Positions 1-12,642 of a stretch of 64,000 bases of DNA are shown here, in pieces. The stretch is from Asterionella formosa (Eukaryota): positions 1 through 64,000 of the forward strand of contig NKIB01009348.1 in the NCBI GenBank assembly GCA_002256025.1. Reading direction: 5' to 3'. A program made the position numbers and the translations under genes. Position 1 is the first letter of the stretch; each line of letters starts with the position of its first letter. The notes below the pieces were generated by a model. It had not been told where the DNA came from, ran no database searches, and worked only from the letters and a program-made list of their open reading frames with translations.

Positions 1-47
1 TTTACTAGGCCAAATAAACGAGTTAGCCCGGTAAAATCCACTATTTT

Positions 48-300
48 CAGCATAGTTAAAAAACCGAAGTTCCTTTCTGCAGTTTCTCGCCAGATCCTAT
101 ATCCTGACGATATATAGCGTTGACCTATACCCCTACTTTGATAAATGACTGTATTTAAGCATGTGGAAAGGGTGTGTATTGGTGAAAGCTCTGTTTAGCG
201 ATATACATTTACGTTTTACTCGTAAGAAGTCTATGTTTGACTACTCTGACTTAATATTATTTTTTTAACCCTACCTCGAGCTAGGGGTTCAAATGCAGGA
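48..300. repeat. Dispersed repeat, inverted copy at ~38400-38659; probably transposon-derived
   Basis: Blocks such as aaaaaaccgaagttcctttctg, gttgacctatac, aatgactgta, ggtgaaagct and taggggttcaaatgcagga recur in the same order, with scattered substitutions, in the reverse complement of 38400-38659. Confidence 0.8.
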
Positions 301-2546
301 ACCTTAAGCTATGCTTTAACGCTTACTTTGAACATGTTATAATATTATCTCTGTAGACTCGGTATTATTTTTACGAGACCTGAAATGTTGAATTATATCG
401 TTCACATATTCATTGATTTTATGTACCGTATGCCCGATTTCGTCCTCACAAATATAGTTCTCACTCTATCTTGCCTGCCTTTGCTCTATTCGGGCTTGCA
501 ATAGGCAACGTTCGTCTTTCCTTTATCCCATCGTCTGCTGCTTGTTATGCTAGTTGAAGCGGATCGGTGAGTACAACAGTGAAATACTGAATGTGGATTG
601 TAGATCGTATTTATCGACTTTCCGATTTGATTGCTTCCGTGGTTTGTTTTGATTGCTTCCATCGTTGTTTGTCGTTACGCACTGTCGTTTTGTTTCGATT
701 GTACATATCTACATGAGAACCAATGCATTTATCAATGACTACTCATTGAAGATGTGGTATTGTGCCGTTGTTGATCGTATTTGTTGATTTGTATAGTCGT
801 TGACAATGATGTCAATATTGCCGCCAAGCAATGCTTTTCTTGTACTAACGCGCTTTGCTACATTTCTACTGTGAGTTCGTATCAGAAGCTACATGATTAC
901 TCAGCTAGAGAGAGTCAAAAGTGCTAGAGCAGCATGGCGATCATGCTTGCTCAGAATGGAATGATCAGGGTTGCCTGTTTGGTGGGCGGAGAGGAATGAC
1001 TGTGGCGGAAATACTGCTACTGGTGTCAGGCTACTACAGCGATGCGCATAGTTGCAGAAACCAGACCATTCACGCTACATAACGATGTAGGTCAAGATTG
1101 GGTTCAGCTTTTCCTTTCTTATTTCGGTCTTCGATTGTGTGGTGATGGAAAGTCAATGTTGCCTGCTGGTGTGTAAGTACTACAATGATTCACAATGCAT
1201 ACGTCTCCATTGGAACTCTTATTTTTTATTTCATTTCTAACCCAAAACAATTTTTTCTATTTCTCATTTGATGCTACTTATTACATCGCATTTCATACTT
1301 TGGTTGCTCCAAACATCATGTTCAATTTTCGTTGATGTTGCATGTTACAATCATTCTCGTGTGTTTTACGCTTGTTGTACCATCTCTATGCATATTACCA
1401 TTCTTATTCTGGTTGTCATGCTAAAATCGGCAATTTTATTGCCGAAAAATTCGATGTGCCCCATATTGCCCTTAAATAAAAATTACTTAAGAAACTACTT
1501 AGAGACTAAAAATTACTTAAAAAGTACCCGAATGGCAAGACGATAGCTGGAGTGGGAATTGCTGTTTTACATTCTTGGCAGGGGCCCCAAATATTTGTGG
1601 GGAACCAAATACAACAAGCCACTTTAATAATTATAACATGAATATAATATCCGTCCTTCGGTATACTTCCTATGGTTCTTGCATCTACATGGGCCATACC
1701 ATCAGATATTTAATGGTTACAGTCCTCAAAACAAGCGAGTACACTGTCGTTTTCTTCCTTCCCATCATCACCGCCCACTCTCGGGAATGCGCATTCCATA
1801 ATTGAATGCAAGTTGCCAATATTCTACTATTATACCGCACTTTGTACACATGTCGAGAATAGATGGTCCAAAGAAAAATGGTCCTCATGATGCATCTGCA
1901 ATTTGGTTGGAGATAGCCATGAGTGAAAATTGTAAGAGGCCAAAAATATTTTTTTGATGTGTAGTTGCCAATTTTAAGTTTACTGCATATATAGTATACA
2001 TGAATCTGTAGCTTAGAGCAAGCTGCACAATAGGGCAATTGCTCTGGAGAAAATTGTAAGAGTCGAAATGGCCCCAGATAAATTTGAATTATAAATGCAA
2101 CTTATATTGGACAGAAGGAGTACCAGATAGATAATTGAAATAGAGAATATTTTCAATTTTGGTACATGTATTTATGTAATGTTTACCATCACACTACAAC
2201 AACATCAGTGATTGCTCAATCAATTGACATTCATTATGAGCCTGTAATTGAAGTTGAAGGCACATGAATGCACATGAGTCTTAATCTTCTCTACAAGGGC
2301 TTTGTTGGCATGTGCTGAAAAGATTTGTTGGATCATCCATTTCTATCATCATCAAGTGTACCCATCAAGATCAGAAACCAGAATGTTTAAGTTTATTATC
2401 CTCAACCTGCATTCATGTTAATTTTGGTGATTGTGTCAATAGCTAATGTATTTATTTTGTCCTCAAGAGACACATGTTAAATTTGCAATGAAACACTCCC
2501 AGCAACTATTTGATAATTTATTTTTAGTATAATCTTTTGTGTTGGT

Positions 2547-2891
2547 CTATTTCTTTGTTCCTTGACGCTCTGCGAGAACCTTCTTGACAGCCTTTTGTTC
2601 TTCCAAAAGAAAGGCTCGAATAATTCTCTCGCGCACACTCTTTGCACTAAGACATCCACCATATGCTCGGGACACAGTTCTCTCCCGCTTCTTGAGATTC
2701 TTGTAATCCGTAGCCTTTACGTGCTTGATTCCCTGAAGGGGCAGTTTGCTATCACCGCATCGAGGCCCCTTGGACTTCTTGACCACAATCTTGGCACTGA
2801 GTTTGCCTCCAGGAGTCCGGACGGGTTGGACCTTGTTGGATCGGGTGTTGTACGGCTGACGGCCGATGCGTGTGTAGCGACTATCTCCCAT
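2547..2891 (-). CDS. RPL34: 60S ribosomal protein L34 (eL34)
   Basis: ORF contains YNTRSNK..VRTPGGKL, RTVSRAYGG.L and VRERIIRAFLLEEQK, all eL34 motifs. Probable 5'UTR intron 2908-3173 (minus strand GTAAGC...CTCTTAG). Confidence 0.97.
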   Translation of the reverse strand: MGDSRYTRIGRQPYNTRSNKVQPVRTPGGKLSAKIVVKKSKGPRCGDSKLPLQGIKHVKATDYKNLKKRERTVSRAYGGCLSAKSVRERIIRAFLLEEQKAVKKVLAERQGTKK

Positions 2892-3381
2892 TATTGAAAA
2901 ATTGAAACTAAGAGCAAGAGTTGTGTGAGTATGATCGATATGTGTGTTGGGTGAAGTGCTAAACAGGTCGAATGTAAAAAGGGATATGAGCCGAACATGA
3001 TAGACGCCATGGCGATTTCGACAGCGCGCTCTTCCTGCAATTTTCGACTTTGTTCCTTCCTCTCTTTACGTCCATCATCAATTATTGTACATGCGAGTTC
3101 AGTCCATCCCATTGCTTTCTTGAACGACCGTCGATCGGGATCTTCATGGTCAACCGCCGGTATCAAGGCTTACCTGAAACAAAGAAAGTTTGACGAAATT
3201 GATACTGAGAAGAAAGTGCCTGCGTCTGTCTGTTGACAGTAGCCAGCGCTAGTAAATGCGGTAAAAGGTAAGCTGTAGAAAGCTACGTAAAATGTGCTCT
3301 TGCTAGCTTCTGAAACGGCACCAATTATTTGCGGCTTTGCTTCTGTCTCGACAAGCAATAAATATAAATACATACTCCACC

Positions 3382-3930
3382 ATGGCACGATCTGGATACG
3401 CAAAGGGAGCTAGCAAGGGCAAGGCCACCGAGCAAAGAGAGCGCCCCGCTCGACCTGCTGCCAAGAAGATGGTATGTAGCCGATCGCTTGAATGAATGGG
3501 CAGCTGGATATAGGTCGAAGCGTCGATGTCTCTTTATGCTAAACACACTCTGAACTATCGGTATTCTGTTCTGATTTATACTGTCCGGCATGCACAGACC
3601 TCGCTCTGCAAAGGCTCTATCCTGTCATGTATATCCACGTTGATCCAATTACACTTTGCTCATTCAATCCTATCCTATCCATTCCACTTGATACAATAGG
3701 TTGCTTCCAAGCGCTCACTTCTTGCCCGTGAAATTGCTCGTGAAGTTGTGGGACTTTCACCATATGAGCGTCGAATTCTCGATATGATCAAGACAGGAGG
3801 ATCTGCTGCTGACAAACGTATTTACAAATTCGCCAAGCGTCGTCTTGGATCTCACAAGCGTGCCCTTGCCAAGCGTGAAGATATCAAGTCTGTCAATGCT
3901 GCCCAACGTGCTCGTCAGGCTGGAGTGTAA
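3382..3930 (+). CDS. RPL36: 60S ribosomal protein L36 (eL36); exons 3382-3471 and 3700-3930
   Basis: Exon 1 MARSGYAKGASKGKATEQRERPARPAAKKM joins in frame across a GTATGT...ATAG intron to VASKRSLLAREIAREVVGLSPYERRILDMIK...KFAKRRLGSHKRALAKRE. Confidence 0.96.
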
Positions 3931-4608
3931 AACAATTCTATAGAATATATTCTCTCTCGTATATTATATAGCTTTTACCGAACCTATTGAATGGAATTTA
4001 ACATGACAATGCTAAATCTTTTAAAGAATTTGATGACTCGAAACGAATCGATAGGTTTAATTCGTCGAATGGAATTCTATTGCTTTAGGATCAAAACAAA
4101 CAAATGCACCACATTGTCGCCCCCCCCCCCCCTGAATTAAACCATCGCTAGCACCAAACTCGTTCCTACCGATATATCATACATTGGAGCCAAGTATGAT
4201 GCTGCCGGTAGGGAAAATTTACTACGGTACATACTCAGAAACACAGTTAAAAACACAGTTTTTTCTTGTCTATTGCTACTGCTGCCTTATTTGCATTGAA
4301 ATACCTATAAGAGCAGCAGCTGTAGCATGGCGAGAAATCCATAGAATTTTATCAATAACCTCCCCAAATTACCAAATATGAGACTCCCGACATTACTGGG
4401 GAATGATGTGCTAATGGTAGCGCCATCGTTTCCTGCCAGTAACTATTTCTGGGCATCAACTTTGTCAACGGTGACACTGGTAGCCAACAATTTTTTATTC
4501 AATTTGAACTCTCATTTGATCAATTAAGATTGCTTGCTCAATAGACCACCAGTAGTTACCATCCTATTATATTAGCTACTTTCGCATTTGTGCCCTTATT
4601 CTTTGTCG

Positions 4609-5616
4609 TCATTCCGTCATTAGTACCAACGCATCATTGTGTATTTGATATTGGCCCTCCGACACACGTATCAATGATATCGCATGAGAGAAATTAAATG
4701 GAAGTGGTGCTGTTTTAGTCAGCACCACACCGGTTAGTAATAGCACAACACTTCCAGCCAGTCCCTGTTGTGCTACGACTCCCCGCACTTCCCACTGCGA
4801 CCCACCAGACAAGGACGCCAGTTGGACGGAAATTTCCTCTTTCGACGCACAAAAGGCGTGAGCTGTTCCTACCGAAAGAGACTTTTGAGCGTCATTGCAA
4901 TAAAAGGGAAGCAATTCCTCGTTGTGTGTCAAAGAGGGATAGTACGTGTCCATGAATAGTTTGGCCAATTCGACCGGTATGTTCTCCACAGAGGAAAGCG
5001 ACAGGTACTTGCATGTTTCTTCCAATTTAAGTTGTGAAAGACTAAATCCTGGAGGTGGCAGGGCGCCCTCGGGACGAGTTGACGTGATGTTCAAAGTAGC
5101 GGTACTTGAGATCGCCGATGGTGGCCCAGCGTCCATGACTTCCATGGTGAGTGTAGTGACCAAGCCAGGAGGCGCTCCCTCAAATGGAGGACGCGGGGCC
5201 CTAGGATCCTCCATCTCTATTTTTTCATTCTTCTCTTTGAACGCGTCCTCTGGAAGCCCCCTCTGGGTCACCACAGCCTTTGGGCTTTCTGGGTCAGCAT
5301 CGTCCTCGTCGTCCTCCTCTGGGTTCACGCCACTAGGCCGCCTGGCTTTTTTGCGCGATTTCTTCTGTTGTTTAAAGAGATCCAACAATCTGCGTTTTTC
5401 GTCCATGGCGAACTTGGGAATCTGCTGCACATCATCTGGCAACTGCCACACCACCTTTTTCTTCTTTCCGTATCGGGGTGGGAGGCGCCTGGCATCGATC
5501 CTCAAGGTTTCAATTGGATGATCGACGCCATCGCGAAAGACATCGATTTCCCAGGTTGGCTCGGTCAATCCAAAGACGGGGCGAGGAGAAGAAAAGGTGT
5601 GGCGATCGTCTGTCAT
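4609..5616 (-). CDS. Protein with C-terminal NTF2-like domain
   Basis: Long ORF, first plausible ATG at 5616. C-terminal LAKLFMDTYY...LLPFY...FSHAISL...YQIHNDAL fits the NTF2/G3BP-type fold. Confidence 0.7.
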   Translation of the reverse strand: MTDDRHTFSSPRPVFGLTEPTWEIDVFRDGVDHPIETLRIDARRLPPRYGKKKKVVWQLPDDVQQIPKFAMDEKRRLLDLFKQQKKSRKKARRPSGVNPEEDDEDDADPESPKAVVTQRGLPEDAFKEKNEKIEMEDPRAPRPPFEGAPPGLVTTLTMEVMDAGPPSAISSTATLNITSTRPEGALPPPGFSLSQLKLEETCKYLSLSSVENIPVELAKLFMDTYYPSLTHNEELLPFYCNDAQKSLSVGTAHAFCASKEEISVQLASLSGGSQWEVRGVVAQQGLAGSVVLLLTGVVLTKTAPLPFNFSHAISLIRVSEGQYQIHNDALVLMTE

Positions 5617-6899
5617 GATATGATTTGGTGTGATGAATGCAGTTGTTGTACTTTGTTGTTGTTGAACAATCAAGCAAAAAGGTGAGTGATCACAATTATG
5701 TAAAAAAGCAAATAGGCCGGTATCTGACGATCATGCAGAATGGCGGACAATATTTTGACTAATATTATTTTAGTTATATACCGGTAGTATAGTTTAGTAT
5801 ATTGTGTACCGGTATTACATAAATAAAATAGTGCGTGTATCACGTGTATAAGACGTACTAACTACTGGAGGTGGTACCAGTACCAGTACCAGGTACCAGG
5901 TACCTGGTCGTACCACCTGGTGGCATTCGAATTGAGAAATGTTATGATACGGCTTCTCATCCTGCAGGCCAGTTGCACCCCCAGGGAAAACCGGGTACCT
6001 GTACCAGGCATGGTACTGTACCTGGTACCAGGCATTACCGGGTTCCAGTAGCAGTACTACCGATACATGTGTTGATAGCTGGTTGCTGTTGCTTCCAATC
6101 ATGATCGCCTCATGGTGATGGCTGGAGCAGTGGTTCCTTCTTTGTTCGACTTGTTTTTGTACTGCTTGCAGCTGCTGCCTTCTCGTGACCAGGACAAGCA
6201 TTTCTATGAATACCGGTATTATCTGTTATACCAGTATGTAGATGATATCGTCACATGCATGTACCAGTCGTATACCGTAGACTCATTGGTGGAGTGGTGA
6301 TGATGATGTTTGGGCCTGTGCATGTTCATGTGCATGATGCCGTATCCTTGGATACTTTGAGCAGGAGTAAATTGTGCCATCGTTGAGATGTTCAATGTTG
6401 AAAAACAATAGAGTTTGAGTATTGATATTACTGGAAGACGCATGGAAGCAAACAAAAAGATTAGCTAGCTAGTAGAACATGCCACAGTGAACCAACCAAG
6501 GCAGCAAGAGCAGTTCACTAATTCCTGTTGTTCTCGTGGTGGCTGCTTCTCATTTCAAGCTGATAGCAGGTTTGGATTACCAGAGGTGGCTCTGCTTCTC
6601 TTTGTCATTGTCGATTTATGATAATGTTGCAATAACACCGATTGTGACTAGATACCCGAAACAATGCCATATTAGAGCAGCAGAAAGATAGCACTAAAGC
6701 TAGCTGCCGAGATCTAATTTAAGATTATGTAGGACACGTAGAAAACATAATACTATAGAATTCTGTTTAAGATTTAACGGCTAATCAGCCACGTCTGACG
6801 AAAAAACCGGTTCAGTGACAATGGAAGCCTAACTTGAAGCAACCTACCATAATGTTTAAGTTTTGAACCAAATGACTAATCGAGGTCGCTATTGAAGAA

Positions 6900-8760
6900 T
6901 CGTTTTCTGATTGATCACTACCTATCACATCTAGCTAAGGAGCGAGAAGAGCGGATAGGTTTTCGAGTTTTCAAGAAAGAGGAACCGAAATTTTGGCACC
7001 GCCAGCACAATGAAGCAAGTATAGTGCAATGACATGAATCCTACCAGAAGTTGAATCATCCAACAACCAGCAACATCCATTTGATTAAGAATCGGCAATT
7101 GAGTCATCAATGAACAAAGTTTGTATATATGCGTCTAGACATGATGCTTCACATGCTGGAAGATAGCAGGGATGTATACAGCGGAATTGCGATCATTGAC
7201 ACTTTACAGAAAACCTTCATTTCGTGGCTTCACATGGTTCATCCTACTCTCCTTCTGATTTCGGAAGTCCAATTTCCTAAAGTAAATGACAGGCAAATCT
7301 AGGGGATCATATCCATAATTCAATCCCTTAAACAACAAACAGCATACGCACCATTTTGGCAGGAAAATCTAGGGGCTAATGATAATTTTGATGGTAGGTT
7401 CTTAGCAGCCCAAATCGGAGCACATGAAATATGCAAATATTTTTATGTAAAAATCTATTCCAGAATTGAGTTGCAGTGATCAAAGAACTTAACATATGAA
7501 AATTTCACAAGTGAATATGTTCTATGCTATGAAGGGCAGCCAATGGGCCACTCTGGATGTAAAATTAAAAAAAAATTATATTTCATGTTTTTATTGTTAA
7601 AACTGAAATGGCAATACGAAAGAAAGGCAAATTTAAGAAGGACTACTATAGTGCCGATCACAGAATTTTGTGCTATTACAGCTATGGCTCCGGGCCCCAA
7701 GATAGTTAATATTTCCTAACCAACCAACGAAAGAACAAATCAGTAATGTGGGTCATACCAATAATATGGTAATGAAATCTGAGAATGTTAATGTGCTAGA
7801 CATCGACAAGAATGAAGAGGAAGGCAGAAATCAAAAATCACTTATGAAGAAATTCAGCAAGCATTGGATGTGCTGCTCACAGAAATATTCTATGATAACA
7901 AAGACAATTACAAAATCAAAGACAATGAGATAGAGGGCACAGAATCATCATCGGTCATGGATGCTTCAAATGAAACCAGAAGTGGGGTCAAAAAGGAAAT
8001 TTTTAACCCAATCAACGGTCACAATCCAATTGCAGTCATAAAGAATCGAAACAGGAATGATGCTACCACAATTTTTTCCTTCTAGATATCAATCAAGAAC
8101 AAGTGATGTATAGATTTGCTTAGGTTTCTATAATTCTGTGGATCCTCAAGTTATGATAAAATTCCCCCAATTTCCTTGGGACTGAACTTTGTTGTTGCAA
8201 GTATTGATGTGCTATCTTGGTTTCTTGGTAGAATCCTTCATGGCTCAAGTCCACTTTTTCTTTCCTGACCTTGAGTTACCTTGAGTTTGCTTCAGTGATA
8301 TGAGCAGTATGTTCCAAATCAAGGTAAGAACAAGTCTGCTGTACATAGGGATATTTATTTCGCTGATACCACATATTCAAAATAACATCATGGTTTTCAA
8401 CGTCTGGGAGCATAAACGGGACTATAATAGAAATGGTGTAGCTAAAATAAGAAATCAACTGGCAGTTCAAACATTTATGAATGATATCTCCAGTCCCCAA
8501 GAATAAGTAAAACTACTATGGACTACAGTTCACGACAAGAGAGGAGGTGTGAGTATCATGACGAACTTGCAAATTCGGATATGGTAGATGCTGCCACATT
8601 TTCATCAAAACTAGATCAAATACAAGAAATACGCATGCCACCTTTTGGTACCAATCTAATAACATTAATTGAAAATCAATGAGAAGGATGAGATTGATCC
8701 TCAAGCAAAAAGAATATTCATCAACTATTGTAAAGAGCAACATTGTCGACAACATCATTC
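6900..8760. mobile_element. Heavily decayed DNA-transposon sequence, possibly hAT-like
   Basis: AT-rich, stop-riddled tract. Minus strand ~7140-7200 reads KVSMIAIPLY / IPA / SS.CE.IMS across frameshifts, reminiscent of the hAT dimerisation motif IPATSAxxERxFS. Weak. Confidence 0.3.
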
Positions 8761-9152
8761 ATATCATTATATACGGTAGTTTACAATATCACAAATGTTC
8801 GTCGTGAGACTGGAGGGACCACAAACAAGTATACTGGAGGTTTGAGTTCAAAGTCCATAGAAATGAGTAAAGGAGTGTTCAAATATTGATCCATCCTGGA
8901 AAAATGGGAAATATGCGATTTTGTTCGTGTGCTGTGCTCTAGGGAAATATACAACATCCATTATTTGCGCTGGGGAAGCGTCGTTTAATTCGAAAGAACT
9001 TAATTCTTCGACTCGAATCATTTTCTGGCCGACTGTGAATGATAACATAGCAAACAGGCATACACGCATAGTCATTTCGGCCATGTGTATATTCTATCGG
9101 GTTGACCCTTCTTGTGAATAACATGCGTGCGTGTGTGGGTTTGCGTGAATAT

Positions 9153-10559
9153 TTATTCATGCATCATTTGATCATCGTCGGTATTCGGCTCATTATCTCG
9201 TTCAGCAAGATGCTTTCGTTTGCCTTTGGAGCTGTTGTTGTCGTCGTCCTCACTCATAAGAGATGATGCCGGCGATCCAGGACGTGCCATTCCAGCATCG
9301 TCGTTCGACGCTTCTGCCATGATGGAATCCTCACGACTGGTGCTTCCTTGAAGAGTCCCTCCAAGCACGTGCAACGCAATCAATTCTTCCTGTCCGAGTT
9401 CACGGGTGGGAGAAAAGGTCGAGAGAGTTTCTGAAACGGAGGACGAGACAGAAGAGAAATCATCACCCGAGTAACGATTAAGATATGCTCCTTCTGCAAA
9501 ATGCTTTTGACGGTCCATGACACGAGGTTGAGGAACACGTAGTTCATCGTGCGGAGGATCTTCCACAATCCGACCCACGGGTCTTGGAGGCGATCCACGT
9601 TGCGTCGCTTCCAAGCGCTGCTGGAGATGGCGGTATCGCTCACGCAGGTTCCGAAGCGTATCTTCTACTTCTTGTTGGACTTCGTGAGGATTCGCCAGTA
9701 TGCGATCGACACTGCGCAGCATTGATGGCTGCATGCGGTATTGATCTGTTATGGATGGAACCGAAGCCTGGGACAAGGGAGAAAACGATGAAACAGAGCA
9801 AACTTGGTCTTGCAAGAGGATGGACTCCTCCCGTTGCATCTTGGAAAAGTACTTCTGTGCGTGCGATCGTATCTGAGCCGACGTCCGTGTCGGTATACGC
9901 TCCGCGACCTTCTTCCATTCACGGCCGAAGATTTTGAGGCCCTGCAGGAACGCCTCGTGCTCTTCTGGCGTCCAGCGACCATTTGTGTGATCCGGCTTTC
10001 CGTGATTAATGCGCTTGCGCTTGCTACCGGCACTCTTCTTGCTCCCCGTTTCGTCTGCGGCGGAAGCACCGGACGCGAGGGAGACATCGTCATTGTCGTC
10101 GCCTTCGCTCTCGTCGGCAGCAGACGCAACTTCCTTCCGTTCGCTCGCCATGGCAGGACCAATGACCCGCTGTAGAGAAACAGAAGCGGCAGCGAAATCA
10201 GAAGAAGAAACGCACATACTCGCCCTCGCGGTGATTATGTCTGAACATTCGGTTTCGGTGTCACTTGTGGTGACTTCACTTTGATTGGCAGCAATGCTGT
10301 CCTCCGTACATTTGTTCTGTGCTGGTGACAACAGGCCGCCAAGGTGTTGCATTGCAACGTGGTTTGCTCTGTGAGGTTTTCCCGCTCCGGCACGTGCCAA
10401 AGCAAGCGGTTCGAGCTCCATGGCGTGCGTGGTGACCTGAATGACCAGCCTGCTTGCTGAGTTGGTAGCAGGGCACGAATCGAATGATATGTGTTTGCTT
10501 TCTTCAATTGATGAATCAGTCTCCTCTTCTCCGTTTGTAGGGCTTAGTGCATTTCTCAT
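9153..10559 (-). CDS. Single-repeat MYB (SHAQKYF class) transcription factor
   Basis: GRWTPEEHEAFLQGLKIFGREWKKVAERIPTRTSAQIRSHAQKYF in a 468-aa ORF. Confidence 0.95.
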   Translation of the reverse strand: MRNALSPTNGEEETDSSIEESKHISFDSCPATNSASRLVIQVTTHAMELEPLALARAGAGKPHRANHVAMQHLGGLLSPAQNKCTEDSIAANQSEVTTSDTETECSDIITARASMCVSSSDFAAASVSLQRVIGPAMASERKEVASAADESEGDDNDDVSLASGASAADETGSKKSAGSKRKRINHGKPDHTNGRWTPEEHEAFLQGLKIFGREWKKVAERIPTRTSAQIRSHAQKYFSKMQREESILLQDQVCSVSSFSPLSQASVPSITDQYRMQPSMLRSVDRILANPHEVQQEVEDTLRNLRERYRHLQQRLEATQRGSPPRPVGRIVEDPPHDELRVPQPRVMDRQKHFAEGAYLNRYSGDDFSSVSSSVSETLSTFSPTRELGQEELIALHVLGGTLQGSTSREDSIMAEASNDDAGMARPGSPASSLMSEDDDNNSSKGKRKHLAERDNEPNTDDDQMMHE

Positions 10560-11877
10560 TCAATGGAAAGGTAAACAACGGTAATAGCCTCGCAAAGCAC
10601 TACAACGACGTTTGATGATGTCGAAGTTGGTGATGTGAAGGATCGGGACAGAACAGTAGCATTCCGTCAAGAAAAAGAATTTATCCCCTGCTCCTTGAGA
10701 AGGCAAGTCACAGAATCGTCGTATGAACCAGCTATAGAAACGACGGGTGTCGGCAAGACGGCTTAATCACAAGAGTGCACCTGCACCCAGTATATGATTG
10801 CGGTCGTGATGATGGCGATGTGTCGGGTTCGGAACACATGACAACTGCCTGTATGCAGGTAGCAACCACCACTGGGTTTGACAAAACAAAAATGGCACCT
10901 TCCAGAATGACGATTGTCACAAATGACACATTAAAATACAAGCGGGCACCAAACTTGCCAATGACCAAAGACAAAATAACAAAAACCTTGCTACATCAAA
11001 TGTTTTTATATATGTAGACGGCATATTTTTGAGTTCAGTTGTCGTATACCTGTAGATTACCTGGTACCAGGTACCAGGAACATTTATAATGCCTTTAGTG
11101 CGTAGGTACGTCATCCGTTGACCATTACCGACCTTCTTTGAAAATGAATTGACTCACAATAGCATTTTCGTCGATTATCAAAGCGGCAGGCGTTGATCTC
11201 TTCCAGATTCTGATTTTTCGCTCCGGCCAGATCGAGCCTCCATTGTTCAGGGGATAAGTATCGATTGCGTTGCCGTTGTCAAAGATCAGCAAGAGACAAT
11301 TTGCTGCCCAGAAGGTGCAGATATCCTTCTGCTCTTGCGTAAGTTACTACCAGGGTACCAGAGTTACCACGATACCGGAATAGTCCGGATTACCTGGAAT
11401 ACTGGAAGGGTACTGTGCTCAAATGTAAGGAGGAGTACCTGTACCACCTGTAAATTTGAGTTCGAAATTGTCACCTTGTCTGTTTGCCTTGATTCCACGA
11501 AGGAATCGTATGAGAAGGACCCGGAAGATATTCCTCTCTGACATCACGCAACTGCAACATGATCCTTGCAAGTACCGGTAGACATCATTGTAATGAATGA
11601 TTGGAGATATTCATATGCGATACATATATACAGATATATTTACGCAGGTATTGGACTACCTTGGTACTGGTAGGAAGGAAACTGAATCCATCCCTTTTTT
11701 TCATCTCCCATTGTTGCTCGGTTGTTTACTTATATTGATGCATGCTCTCATGCTACTTTCCTTCCTCACTTCCAGAAGAGCTATACGAAATCCTGTGTTT
11801 AGCAGCACTCCTTGGTAACCAAACGTGGTCGCGATAAAACAACACAGACCTGTGTTGCCAAGATTTGCTCATCTTAA

Positions 11878-12324
11878 ATGCACACGCTATATCCTCCATT
11901 GGACGATTCCAGTAGTTTCTATACTATTATCACTACTAATACTACCGACAACAATCGAGACATGAAGAAAGACGACAACGTCTTGTCTCCAGAATTGAGA
12001 CAAAACTTTGAATCCATGAAAGCCCTCAAACGCAAAGACCCACCAACAATGGATGCTGCTGACGAAGCGCACGAAGCCAAGAAACTTCAATTGGCCATCA
12101 AGACAGCAATGGCGATGGAACTTGAAATGGAGCGGATGCGCAATGGAATTGCAGAACTCGAAGCACTCCTGGAAGAAGCGGAAGGTACTACTGGTGATAT
12201 AACTGGATTTCCGTTCTTGCCTCCAATAGTTCCTGCAGACGAAGATAGCCTTCCTGAAGATGACGATGTTACAGGAAGTGACTCGCTTTCTTCGGAGGCA
12301 ACCGGGGAAATGGTTCATGGATAA
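11878..12324 (+). CDS. Hypothetical protein with short coiled coil and acidic tail
   Basis: 148-aa ORF with coding-like composition (MELEMERMRNGIAELEALLEE). True start may be the ATG at 11962. Confidence 0.55.
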   Translation: MHTLYPPLDDSSSFYTIITTNTTDNNRDMKKDDNVLSPELRQNFESMKALKRKDPPTMDAADEAHEAKKLQLAIKTAMAMELEMERMRNGIAELEALLEEAEGTTGDITGFPFLPPIVPADEDSLPEDDDVTGSDSLSSEATGEMVHG

Positions 12325-12642
12325 AATGAAAATGTACACTGTATTTTCCTCTTTGCATTGCAGCGACGCATTGGAGCTAAAAACCATGCGCACCCTTTTG
12401 TAACTATCAGTACCAGTACAGGTTCTGCAGTCTAGTCCACAGCCTACGTACTTTTTTAATGTTACGGTAGTCATTACAAGTAGGACCCCGATTATCGTTC
12501 ACTTCATCGGCCCCTTTACCAAAACGAGCATTTCATTTTTGTTCAATACAATAGACTAGCAAATTTCACTCAGTTTCGAACTAATTTTACAAAAAGGACA
12601 ATAATTTTCACAGCTATACAATCGATATGTTACGATCCCGGA

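Noticed and set aside
2908..3173. Box C/D snoRNA in the RPL34 intron
   Set aside because: TGATGA is present on the minus strand but has no downstream CTGA. The alternative ATGAAGA...CTGA pair spans only ~50 nt. Not supportable without a covariance search.
4119..4132. Poly-C run as a functional G-quadruplex
   Set aside because: Isolated homopolymer with no supporting context.
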